Positions 35,777-43,630 of a stretch of 43,631 nucleotides of DNA are shown piece after piece (position 1 is the stretch's first letter; every line of letters starts with the position of its first letter). A program made the translations under genes and the position numbers. Origin of the DNA: Dehalococcoidia bacterium (GTDB taxonomy: Bacteria > Chloroflexota > Dehalococcoidia > Lucifugimonadales > UBA3495); the NCBI GenBank assembly GCA_002724585.1, contig PBPE01000040.1:20857-64487 (forward strand), read 5' to 3'. The notes beneath the pieces are model-generated. The model had not been told where the DNA came from, made no database searches, and saw only the letters and a program-made list of their open reading frames with translations.

Positions 35777-36961
35777 TCATGCTAGTGGGCTAACCGCTTT
35801 TGGTGTTGGGTAATCAGATACATTTAGTTGATGATCCATATCAGCATTAGATTTAAACGCTTTGCGTGTTCGCATCCATGACGATGTCGAATCCTTATAC
35901 ACAATGATGGGAATAGTTGTGGCTTCAAGCAACTTTCGAAGAGTATAGCCCTTTATCCGGTCAATTAGTCCGGGGTTGACCAAGCTCTGCGGAATCATAA
36001 TCAAGTCCGCGTTTTCGCTTTCAGCCCATTTCGCTAGATGTTTGAACCCGTGCTCAGTCGCTAATATTACTCCGGCACATAGTTCATTATTATTAAGATG
36101 GTCCAGCTGCTCAACAAGATACTCTCTCCCCATTAAACCTAGATCTTGAGTATGTAACACTTTAGTGGAAGTTTTTTCTACTTCTCCTGACGGATATGGA
36201 TTCACTAAATATGATGCTGCTGAAATGTCATATAACATAACGTAAGCTTCATTTTCTGCTGCGAACGAACTTATCTCTTCACGCATTGAGTCAATTTGTT
36301 CATTTTGATTATCGTCAGTCACCATCATGATGCGACTAATCGGAAAAGGTATTTCTTCGGATAGCTTCATTAGGGGCAGGGAAGCTGTAGGACCATTCTG
36401 TTTCCTAACTCGCTCGAGATAATTTATCGCGGCATCAATTATTCTCTCGTCATTTGAGACAAATCCACGGAATTCTTTTCCTTCTGTAGAGATCCCGCCT
36501 AGCCCGAAAAGCTCAGCACTAGATGTTTCCCAACCTATAAATATTATGGGGTTTGGTGATGCCGATATTAGGTACCACTGGTTTTCAAAAGCTAATAAAT
36601 CAGTTGGTAATGATACCCATTGTTCTGCGGGAACGTTGTTCTGGTCAGGCACGTTACCTTGACCAAAACCAACTACCGGAATTCCCAACGTGCTCATGTA
36701 CGTATATCTCTCAGTCTCGTTTAGGAATTTATCCACTGTTTGAAAACCGACATACAGAGTTGATTGGGAATCAGGCACTTTCGTTATTTCATTTTCTATT
36801 TCACGTGTGATTTGAAGCATCTCTTGACTGGAATAGAGAGACTTGAAGCCCTCAAGCGGTGGACCTCCTGCTCGTAGTTCTTTATCCATCCGATCAATAA
36901 AGGCATCGACCCCAGAAGGATCCAATACTGTTTTGTCGGCGTCTAGAATAGTCCATTTCAT
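35777..36961 (-). CDS. DICT sensory domain fused to a universal-stress-protein-like domain
   Basis: MLQITREIE, LYVGFQ...ERY, ENQWYLI and GFVSNDER are DICT-like; the C-half has IMMVTD...WAESENADLIMIP...LLEATTIPIIV (USP-like). Confidence 0.65.
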   Translation of the reverse strand: MKWTILDADKTVLDPSGVDAFIDRMDKELRAGGPPLEGFKSLYSSQEMLQITREIENEITKVPDSQSTLYVGFQTVDKFLNETERYTYMSTLGIPVVGFGQGNVPDQNNVPAEQWVSLPTDLLAFENQWYLISASPNPIIFIGWETSSAELFGLGGISTEGKEFRGFVSNDERIIDAAINYLERVRKQNGPTASLPLMKLSEEIPFPISRIMMVTDDNQNEQIDSMREEISSFAAENEAYVMLYDISAASYLVNPYPSGEVEKTSTKVLHTQDLGLMGREYLVEQLDHLNNNELCAGVILATEHGFKHLAKWAESENADLIMIPQSLVNPGLIDRIKGYTLRKLLEATTIPIIVYKDSTSSWMRTRKAFKSNADMDHQLNVSDYPTPKAVSPLA

Positions 36962-36984
36962 TTTTATACTCCCGATAATTGTGA

Positions 36985-37374
36985 TTAAAACTGCTTTTGC
37001 TTCTTATGTTTTAGGGCAAATTTGATCAAAGCCAAATCTGGTTTCCATTGAATGTTTCTTGATTTAAATATTTTATTTAACAATCCAGGTTTAGCTTGTT
37101 CTCCTACTATCACTATTGGCTTGTTATTGTTGAGAACCCTGATAGTCAATCCAGTGCGTTTAAGCACTTCACTGGCATCAGAAAGATTTTTTGACTTTTG
37201 GGGTAGTTTCCTACCCCAATGGGTCAAAATTTTGTCTACTAGTGACAGTTCTATGTCTATGACGTTTCCTGTTCCGGTAATGTTGCTGGTCATTTCATCT
37301 ATTTCTACTCGCACGGTTCCAGTCACATTAAAACGTTCATTTTTAACATCTATCACTATGTTTATGACTCCCAA
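36985..37374 (-). CDS. Hypothetical protein (partner of upstream small ORF)
   Basis: ORF overlapping the 3' end of 37362-37562; probable TTG start at 37374. Confidence 0.55.
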   Translation of the reverse strand: MGVINIVIDVKNERFNVTGTVRVEIDEMTSNITGTGNVIDIELSLVDKILTHWGRKLPQKSKNLSDASEVLKRTGLTIRVLNNNKPIVIVGEQAKPGLLNKIFKSRNIQWKPDLALIKFALKHKKQKQF

Positions 37375-37562
37375 GTGCGGAGTCTTACACTCCCATTCAA
37401 ATTCCAACGTGCCTGAGGAGCATCTGCGCCGGTAGATTTAGGTACCATAACTTCCATATCAGCAAAGGTGTATTCGATAGTGGTTCCTCTGCGATTAAGG
37501 AATTCGTAAAGCGACTCAGCTAATTGTGTCCATGTGCCAATTTCCATGTTGTTGTCTGTCAT
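37362..37562 (-). CDS. Small conserved hypothetical protein
   Basis: AAGGAGA RBS; TWxxLA..LY..L..RG..IEY.F...EV.VP..TG..A..A.W.LNG pattern resembles a small family I recall from actinobacteria and haloarchaea. Confidence 0.7.
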   Translation of the reverse strand: MTDNNMEIGTWTQLAESLYEFLNRRGTTIEYTFADMEVMVPKSTGADAPQARWNLNGSVRLRTWES

Positions 37563-37615
37563 TTTTTTCTCCTTATTGTTGTTTAATTCATGACTTTGTT
37601 CTTGGTCTAGTAGAT

Positions 37616-37855
37616 TCATGATAGGTTTATCCTTCCCAGAATTTCAGCTTCTGCCAACGTTAAGCTAGGGTCGTTTATTCTTCTGGTGGAGCGTGCAATT
37701 ACACCAGGCAAACTTGGACTCAATACGTTTAACGGGTCTAGAACTCTGTGAGAATCTGCTTTTCGAGAGACCATAAACCTTTCCCATTTATTTATAAGGT
37801 CACTCATTGCAGTACGAGTTTTTATGATTAATGTATTTATCTCTGTTATGTCCAT
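37616..37855 (-). CDS. Small hypothetical protein
   Basis: AAGGAG RBS upstream, operon orientation. Confidence 0.55.
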   Translation of the reverse strand: MDITEINTLIIKTRTAMSDLINKWERFMVSRKADSHRVLDPLNVLSPSLPGVIARSTRRINDPSLTLAEAEILGRINLS

Positions 37856-37911
37856 GTAATTACCGCTCCTTTGATTTAGTTGCTATAAAGTCATACTGGG
37901 TATGATTTGGA

Positions 37912-38109
37912 TCAAGCTAAGGTTGTTACTGCTACAACGCCCGATACTGCTACTAGCAGATAGATGATCCTAGATAGAATATTTACTTCTCCAAACGATT
38001 TGCCTCCAGCAATGAGGGCCACCAAGTCAAATTTAAATAAGCCCACCAGACCCCAATTGAGCGCCCCTACGGCTGCGAGAATAATTGCTATGTTTTGCAC
38101 CATTGTCAT
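37912..38109 (-). CDS. DUF378 (YuzA-like) small membrane protein
   Basis: VGALNWGLVGLFKFDLVA...SRIIYLLV signature; AAGGA RBS. Confidence 0.9.
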   Translation of the reverse strand: MTMVQNIAIILAAVGALNWGLVGLFKFDLVALIAGGKSFGEVNILSRIIYLLVAVSGVVAVTTLA

Positions 38110-38223
38110 AATTATGTCCTTTCATTTATGTAGATTAAGTTATACAACCTTGTGTCGTTAATTGTGGAACACCTGGTGTTTATAAATATCTCCTTTCACT
38201 GATTACAGTTCTTTATTAGTTTT

Positions 38224-38242
38224 TATAGAACTTGTTCTACAT
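38224..38242. promoter_or_regulatory. Candidate operator, copy 1 (TATAGAACTTGTTCTACAT)
   Basis: Contains the palindrome TAGAAC-TT-GTTCTA; 16/19 identical to 39761-39779. Confidence 0.6.
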
Positions 38243-38257
38243 TAATTAACTTAAATG

Positions 38258-38286
38258 TTGACAGTGTTCTACGTTATGTGTATTAT
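38258..38286 (+). promoter_or_regulatory. Rightward sigma70 promoter
   Basis: TTGACA (38258-38263), 17 nt, TATTAT (38281-38286). Confidence 0.6.
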
Positions 38287-38314
38287 TCTAGACATCTAAG
38301 GGCTTGTTTGTCAA
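38285..38314 (-). promoter_or_regulatory. Leftward sigma70 promoter for the photolyase block
   Basis: Minus-strand TTGACA (38314-38309), 18 nt, TAGAAT (38290-38285). Confidence 0.6.
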
Positions 38315-38462
38315 CTATATCTTACAAATTGCTTGAAACGTAGTATTTGTTAGACATGAAATTAAAAACAGATGATCTGTGTAGGTGTAGAGATAAGGCA
38401 AGTCCGAAATAGATTTAGCGGGTGAATCCAAAATATACAGACCTGCTGAAGAGAGGTGAGAA

Positions 38463-38657
38463 GTGTTCTGGTTTAATTCGTGTCAGAAATGTAAGGGAGA
38501 TCTATATGAGAGCAGGGATAGTTTTGGTCCGTTTGTAACGTGTATTCAATGCGGCCGTTATTTCGCTGGGACAGTATCTGAGCCTCAGGAAATAGATGAG
38601 AACGTATTTATACCTGAGCAGGTTCGTCGCCGTAAGCCTCGTAGGAAAGCTGCGTAA
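38463..38657 (+). CDS. Small zinc-ribbon protein with basic C-terminus
   Basis: CQKC-GDL...CIQCG; RRRKPRRK tail; GAGGTGA RBS, GTG start. Confidence 0.75.
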   Translation: MFWFNSCQKCKGDLYESRDSFGPFVTCIQCGRYFAGTVSEPQEIDENVFIPEQVRRRKPRRKAA

Positions 38658-38722
38658 GGTGATTCGCAGAGAGGACATTCCATAAGAATTATCCTCTCTG
38701 CGAAGTTGCAAAAGGAATGGAG

Positions 38723-39601
38723 TTAGTCTGAAAGGAGCTGTCCGATGGGTACTTCTAAGGCCTCGGCAAGTTTTAAAACTACCCCGATCGTCAGGTTCTG
38801 TTTCCCGTTCTCGACGGCACTTATGTAGGTTCTGTCCAATGAAGAGGCTTGGGCTAATTGTTCTTGATTCCAACTTCTTCTTTTTCTCAAATCCTGTACT
38901 CTGGAGCCCATCACTATTAAGTATTCATTTAGACTTAAAGGATCCTTTGAGAGTCCTCCAAGGCGGCGAGCCTCCTGGATTGCACTGTATGCGTCGATGG
39001 CAAATCCGTCCGGTCCAAGTCCCTCAACTTGATCGCTATCTGTAACGCCGTATCCTCCTAGTAATATTCTGGGTGCATCGGGCAGTCTTCTCAATTGCGT
39101 GATTATTTGCTCTACTGTACTAAGGTCTTCTTTCATAGAAACGGATAAGGCGACAAGTTCGGGGTGGCCCTGGCGTACGAACTCAACTAAATCGTGAGTT
39201 GGTGTGTCTGCTCCTAGGAATTCAACGTCCCATCCGTCTACTAGTAAAAGGTCTGCGATCATTCGGGATCCCACGTAATGGAAATTACCTTCTACGCATG
39301 TTACAACTGCCTTGATTCCCCATTTCGTGGTAGCGTGGTAGCGCTGTCTCATTTGGTCCATAACGTCTAGTGTCATCTGGGTTGCAAGATGCTCCTGCGC
39401 TATGTTTATGTCACCGGTGTGCCACATTTCACCGACTCGAATCTGGGATTTGCCAATAATTGAAACGAGTATGCTGACTGGGCTCAGCCCTTGGCGTATA
39501 GCATCTTCTATAACAGATATCGTGGTGTCGGGATCTCTCCGGATTAGAGCGTCTAGGTAACGATCCCTCAGTTTAGTTGTTACTAAATCGTCTGTACTCA
39601 T
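38723..39601 (-). CDS. Cobalamin-binding (CarH/LitR-type) regulator with C-terminal XRE HTH
   Basis: W-x9-EH (WHTGDINIAQEH), H-x2-G-x41-S (HYVG...ALSVS), ILLGG; C-terminal LRKRRSWNQEQLA...DRTYISAVENGKQNLT..VLKLAEALEV is an HTH_3. GGAGG RBS. Confidence 0.88.
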   Translation of the reverse strand: MSTDDLVTTKLRDRYLDALIRRDPDTTISVIEDAIRQGLSPVSILVSIIGKSQIRVGEMWHTGDINIAQEHLATQMTLDVMDQMRQRYHATTKWGIKAVVTCVEGNFHYVGSRMIADLLLVDGWDVEFLGADTPTHDLVEFVRQGHPELVALSVSMKEDLSTVEQIITQLRRLPDAPRILLGGYGVTDSDQVEGLGPDGFAIDAYSAIQEARRLGGLSKDPLSLNEYLIVMGSRVQDLRKRRSWNQEQLAQASSLDRTYISAVENGKQNLTIGVVLKLAEALEVPIGQLLSD

Positions 39602-39760
39602 ATACGAGTCCCTCCAGTGCTATAGATAGCCGTATTTGATGTGTTTGTTCATCGTCAATGTTATCTATATTGTACACGAACGTTTTATAAACGCAAGAAG
39701 TGTACGGTTTGTTGTGTGCTTGAAATAGTCATGAATGGCGTGATTGATGACTGAACAATA

Positions 39761-39779
39761 TATAGAATATATTCTACAT
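39761..39779. promoter_or_regulatory. Candidate operator, copy 2 (TATAGAATATATTCTACAT)
   Basis: Perfect 14-bp palindrome TAGAATATATTCTA (39763-39776) upstream of the B12-XRE regulator. Confidence 0.55.
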
Positions 39780-39940
39780 ACAACAGGTGTGCAAATACTA
39801 AACAACTTAATAGTAGTTGGGGAGTTTGATTTTTTGAATGATCTAGAATAATGGGAGTAGTGATGAAGGATCTGTTGAGAGCGATGATCCGATAAGATAT
39901 ACTACGTCCGCTCTCGTTTAATTCGGAAAATGGAGGATGG

Positions 39941-41074
39941 ATGGATCTAGGTTTAACTGAAATACAGCAAATGCTGAAGAATAGTGCCAGAGAATTCCTG
40001 AGCCAGGAGTGCCCGCTTACCCTAGTCAGGGAATTAGAAGAGAGTAATAAAGGTTATTCTGAGACTTTATGGAAGCAAGTTGTAAGTCTTGGATGGACTG
40101 GTCTGGTATTTCCTGAGGAATTTGGCGGCACAGGAGCTAACTTTGCAGATCTTGCGGTGCTTTTGGAAGAGATGGGTAGAAGCTTGCTGCCTACTCCGTT
40201 CTTTTCTAGTGTTGTGTTGGGAGGCCTTACAGTTCTTGATGCTGGTTCCGATCTGCAGAAGCAAGAAGTTATTCCCGGTGTATGTGATGGGAGTCATATT
40301 CTAACGGTAGCTATGCTGGAGGAAGAAGGTTCTTACCAGCCTTGGGGTGTTCATATGACGGCCTCGAGTCAAGGTGACAGCTATGTCTTAAACGGAACCA
40401 AGTTGTTCGTTCCAGATGCAGATGCGGCTCAGTCTGTTCTAGTAGTTACACGAACAACAGAATCTTGTGATGCGAACTCTGGAATTACCATATTTGTTGT
40501 GCCTATGGATAATGAAGGCATAACTGTCAGTTTATTGAATAGTATCGGTGGGGAGCGACATTGTGAAATGCATTTCAATAATGTCACAGTTCCCAATAGT
40601 AATGTTATTGGAGAGGTGGACTTAGGTTGGCCGATAGTGGAAAAAATGTTGCAGCGTGCCGTCTCCGCTAATTGCATAGAAATGCTTGGTGGTGCCGAAG
40701 CAGTATTAGATATGACTGTCGAATACGCAAAGCAGAGAACCCAATTCGGGAGGCCAATAGGAAGTTTTCAAGCTATACAACATCACTGCGCTAATATGGC
40801 ATCAGATGTGGAAGGTAGCCGTCATATGGCATACCATGCTGCTTGGCGTATATCAGAGAACTTGGAATGTGCTAGGGAAGTATCGATGGCAAAGGTTTGG
40901 ATAACCGGTGCATATGCCAGGGTTTGTTCTACGGCTCATCAGTGTCACGGCGCGATAGGTTTCACAAAGGAGCATAATCTACAGCTTTATACAAGACGAG
41001 CCAAAGTACAGCAGCTGATGTATGGTGATGTTCATGATCACAAAACAACTGTGTTAGAGCATATTGACGACTAG
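39941..41074 (+). CDS. Acyl-CoA dehydrogenase family protein (beta-subunit-like)
   Basis: LEEMGR, LNGTKLFV, EYAKQRTQFGRPIGSFQAIQH, HGAIGFT.EH.LQLY.RRAK. Confidence 0.9.
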   Translation: MDLGLTEIQQMLKNSAREFLSQECPLTLVRELEESNKGYSETLWKQVVSLGWTGLVFPEEFGGTGANFADLAVLLEEMGRSLLPTPFFSSVVLGGLTVLDAGSDLQKQEVIPGVCDGSHILTVAMLEEEGSYQPWGVHMTASSQGDSYVLNGTKLFVPDADAAQSVLVVTRTTESCDANSGITIFVVPMDNEGITVSLLNSIGGERHCEMHFNNVTVPNSNVIGEVDLGWPIVEKMLQRAVSANCIEMLGGAEAVLDMTVEYAKQRTQFGRPIGSFQAIQHHCANMASDVEGSRHMAYHAAWRISENLECAREVSMAKVWITGAYARVCSTAHQCHGAIGFTKEHNLQLYTRRAKVQQLMYGDVHDHKTTVLEHIDD

Positions 41075-41109
41075 TACGACAAATCTTATATGTTTATGCG
41101 GAGGTAGCT

Positions 41110-41457
41110 ATGGCTACAAATCAATCAGTATTTTCGGATATCGCACGGGATCCTTTGCACCCTGCTCCTATTTATAGAGATGAACAAGTTATAGTTATTC
41201 GCGATATAAACCCGAAGGCACCTGTTCACTTGTTGATTGTTCCAATCATGCCTCTGACCTCGCTTGCGCAAATTGGCCCAAACCAAGAATCTCTTATCGG
41301 TCACATGTTTGTGGTCGCTGAAGAGATGGCTCGACGTGAAGGTGTTACTGGGACAGGATTTAGGTTGGTCCTTAACCAGGGAAGTGATTCTGGCCAAGAA
41401 ATTGATCATATGCATATGCATTTGTTAGGTGGTAGAACCCTGGGCGACATGGGCTAA
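41110..41457 (+). CDS. HIT family nucleotide-binding protein (HinT-like)
   Basis: DINPKAPVHLLIVP, SGQEIDHMHMHLLGGR histidine triad. Confidence 0.92.
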   Translation: MATNQSVFSDIARDPLHPAPIYRDEQVIVIRDINPKAPVHLLIVPIMPLTSLAQIGPNQESLIGHMFVVAEEMARREGVTGTGFRLVLNQGSDSGQEIDHMHMHLLGGRTLGDMG

Positions 41458-41459
41458 TA

Positions 41460-42032
41460 GTGCTGGGAATTATCGGCGTCATTAGGAATCGGGTATCTAG
41501 ATTGCCCCTTGGGCTTCAGTCACACATAAACAGAGTTGAAGAAATAGCAGCCAGACTGAGTGATAGTAATGGAGTAGACCCTGACCTAGGACGGTTAGGT
41601 GCTCTATGCCATGATGTGGCTCGAGCCATGCCAGACAGTGAATTGCTGAGTAGGGCATCTGATATGAACATGGACATCTGCACAATCGAAAGAGATATAC
41701 CAATGTTGCTCCATGGTCCTGTTGGGTCTGAAATCGTTAGGATAGAAGATGGCGTAGAGGATGAATCTATACTGAACGCGGTATATTGGCATACCACAGG
41801 AAGCGATACTCTAGATGAGATCGGCAAGATAGTTTTCCTAGCTGATAAACTTGATCCTCAAAAGAATAAAAAATACCCATATCAGAAGTATTTATATGAA
41901 TTAGCAGGTTCAAATTTGGACTTGGCTATGTTTGAGTTTCTTAGAAGGGAAGTTGATAGTCTCATACAACGCGGAAATCAGGTTCATCCGCGCATGATGG
42001 AATCTAGAGACTACTTTTCGCAACTAGTTTAA
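41460..42032 (+). CDS. yqeK: HD-domain hydrolase, YqeK (symmetrical Ap4A hydrolase)-like
   Basis: HINRV, LCHDVAR, LLHGPVG, AVYWHTTG, FLADKLDP. Confidence 0.8.
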   Translation: MLGIIGVIRNRVSRLPLGLQSHINRVEEIAARLSDSNGVDPDLGRLGALCHDVARAMPDSELLSRASDMNMDICTIERDIPMLLHGPVGSEIVRIEDGVEDESILNAVYWHTTGSDTLDEIGKIVFLADKLDPQKNKKYPYQKYLYELAGSNLDLAMFEFLRREVDSLIQRGNQVHPRMMESRDYFSQLV

Positions 42033-42097
42033 GAATAGATAATGTTTGGGGTGAATAATCTAGCCCTGCGATGTTATCTGCCGTGGAGAGCTGTGGT

Positions 42098-43090
42098 ATG
42101 AAATTTGGATTAAATCTTGGCGGTGGAAACTTACCTCATGAATCTAGAGAAGAATCACTTAATGGTCGATTGGAGAAATCTCGATTGGCTAAAAGGTATG
42201 GGTATAGTTCGATCTGGTCTGGAGCAGGGTATCTGAACAATGATTTTCACCCAATGTTGTTACTGTCAAGAGTAGCGGCTGAAGCTCCGGGGTTGAAACT
42301 AGGCATGGTAGGACTTCTTCCTCTATATCATCCTGTCGAGGTAGCTGAGCAGATAGCAACGTTAGACGTAATATGTGGCGGAAGATTTATTTTGGCACCT
42401 GCTCTTGGTTGGCGTGACTATCAATTTGACGGTTTTGGCATACCCAAGAATCAACGTTTGTCACGATTTAGGGAAGTTCTTAAGGTCATGAAACTTTTGT
42501 GGACCGAGGAACGAGTTACGTTCCAGGGAGATCACTTCAATATTAATGATGTACCGGGTGCTGGAAAGCCTTTACAGGAACCATATCCACTCATATACAT
42601 AGCGGCTAACCAGGATCGAGGAGTAGTTAGGGCTGCCAGGCAGGGAGATGGGTGGTTAGTTAGTTCAAGATCTACTATTACTACCATTTCCTCTCAAGTT
42701 CAATTATATAATGGAACAGCGGAAGAGTATTTTAAAAAGCCGTATATTTCTGCATGGAGAGAAATGTTTATCGCTGAGACTAGGGAAAAAGCGATAGATA
42801 TAGCTAGACCTCATGTGGAATGGCTGTACAAAGATAGAGCGGCCTCTGGGCATAGCAATGAATTGCCTTCAGCAGATCGCATAGATGTTGAATTTGACCA
42901 AGTTTTGAAAGATAGGTTTATCATTGGAAGTCCTGATGACTGCATTAGAGAAATATATAGATATCAGGACCTTGGCATCCAAGAGTTAATATTACGTTGC
43001 CAATGGCCTGGAATGTCTAACGAAGAATCACTAAATGCTGTAAACATGTTTGGTAAAGAAGTCCTTCCAGAATTTGCTACCAAATATTAA
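42098..43090 (+). CDS. LLM-class flavin-dependent oxidoreductase
   Basis: LPLYHPVEVAEQIATLD..GGRF, KPLQEPYP, RAARQGDG, FIIGSPDDC, FGKEVLPEF; GGAG RBS before MKFGL. Confidence 0.88.
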   Translation: MKFGLNLGGGNLPHESREESLNGRLEKSRLAKRYGYSSIWSGAGYLNNDFHPMLLLSRVAAEAPGLKLGMVGLLPLYHPVEVAEQIATLDVICGGRFILAPALGWRDYQFDGFGIPKNQRLSRFREVLKVMKLLWTEERVTFQGDHFNINDVPGAGKPLQEPYPLIYIAANQDRGVVRAARQGDGWLVSSRSTITTISSQVQLYNGTAEEYFKKPYISAWREMFIAETREKAIDIARPHVEWLYKDRAASGHSNELPSADRIDVEFDQVLKDRFIIGSPDDCIREIYRYQDLGIQELILRCQWPGMSNEESLNAVNMFGKEVLPEFATKY

Positions 43091-43109
43091 TATGCGTTTG
43101 TAATGGCGT

Positions 43110-43169
43110 GTCACATGGACCTTGATTCAAGTTTTTCTAATCTGTGTATTAAATCAGTGCCCATGTGAC
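43110..43169. terminator. Possible long imperfect hairpin between convergent genes
   Basis: GTCACATGG (43110-43118) pairs with CCATGTGAC (43161-43169), with further TGATT/AATCA pairing inside. Confidence 0.4.
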
Positions 43170-43174
43170 TAGTT

Positions 43175-43630
43175 TTATCGGGCGTGGTATTCAGGTGGCC
43201 TTTTTTCTACAAATGATTTGCTAGCTTCCTGAAAATCTTCTGATAGATGCAGTTTTAGTGGTTGATTGTACATTTGCGCATCTGCGACAGAATGTAGCCA
43301 TGATCTTCTAGTTATTCGCACGCCGGCTCTAGAAGCTAATGGAGGAGTTTTTAGGAGTTTTTCGGCTAATTCTTCAGCTGCTTCTAAGTGTTTTCCTGTT
43401 GGGACTAGGCGGTTAATGAGTCCTAATCTATAGAGTTCACCAGCACTGATAGGTTCACCAGTTATAAGCATCTCTGTGGCGATTTTTGATGGCATGAATG
43501 CTGAAACTTTTGCCCAGACTCCACCTCCAGGCACTCCTCTTTTAGTCTCTGTGATTCCAAATAGAGTCTCTTCAGAAGCTACTATTAAGTCACATTCTGC
43601 TGCCATAGACATGCCAGCTCCCAATGCATA
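43175..43630 (-). CDS. Enoyl-CoA hydratase/isomerase family protein, C-terminal part (5'-truncated)
   Basis: ECDLIVASE..FGITETKRG, EMLITGEPISA..LGLINRLVP, SEDFQE..SFVEKRPP. Confidence 0.88.
   Translation of the reverse strand, partial: YALGAGMSMAAECDLIVASEETLFGITETKRGVPGGGVWAKVSAFMPSKIATEMLITGEPISAGELYRLGLINRLVPTGKHLEAAEELAEKLLKTPPLASRAGVRITRRSWLHSVADAQMYNQPLKLHLSEDFQEASKSFVEKRPPEYHAR

Noticed and set aside
10074-37914. Other TGA-terminated genes (CoA-transferase A, ggt, TIGR01777, SDR, photolyase, DICT-USP, DUF378) as Sec readthrough candidates
   Set aside because: Each TGA falls at the expected C-terminus or in a start/stop overlap, not at a conserved Cys position.
38228-38237. GAAC..GTTC as a LexA/SOS box for the photolyase block
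   Set aside because: The spacer is 2 nt, not the 4 nt of GAAC-N4-GTTC, and the second copy reads GAAT-AT-ATTC.
38379-38446. Possible cobalamin riboswitch (GTAGGT...GGTGAATCC...AGACCTGC)
   Set aside because: Lacks the GGGAA and GCCACTG/B12-box core; only fragments match. An Infernal search with the Rfam cobalamin models would settle it.
24880-39601. tRNA-anchored genomic island
   Set aside because: No integrase or transposase, and no duplicated tRNA 3' end was seen in the window.
39681-39693. CGTTT-TAT-AAACG dyad over the putative -35 of the regulator gene
   Set aside because: Short, seen only once and expected by chance in AT-rich intergenic DNA.
749-41827. Numerous 60-140 aa antisense or out-of-frame ORFs in the track (e.g. 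5380-5745, 27461-27808, 37052-37435, 38502-38873)
   Set aside because: They overlap well-supported genes, lack RBSs and have no recognisable motifs.
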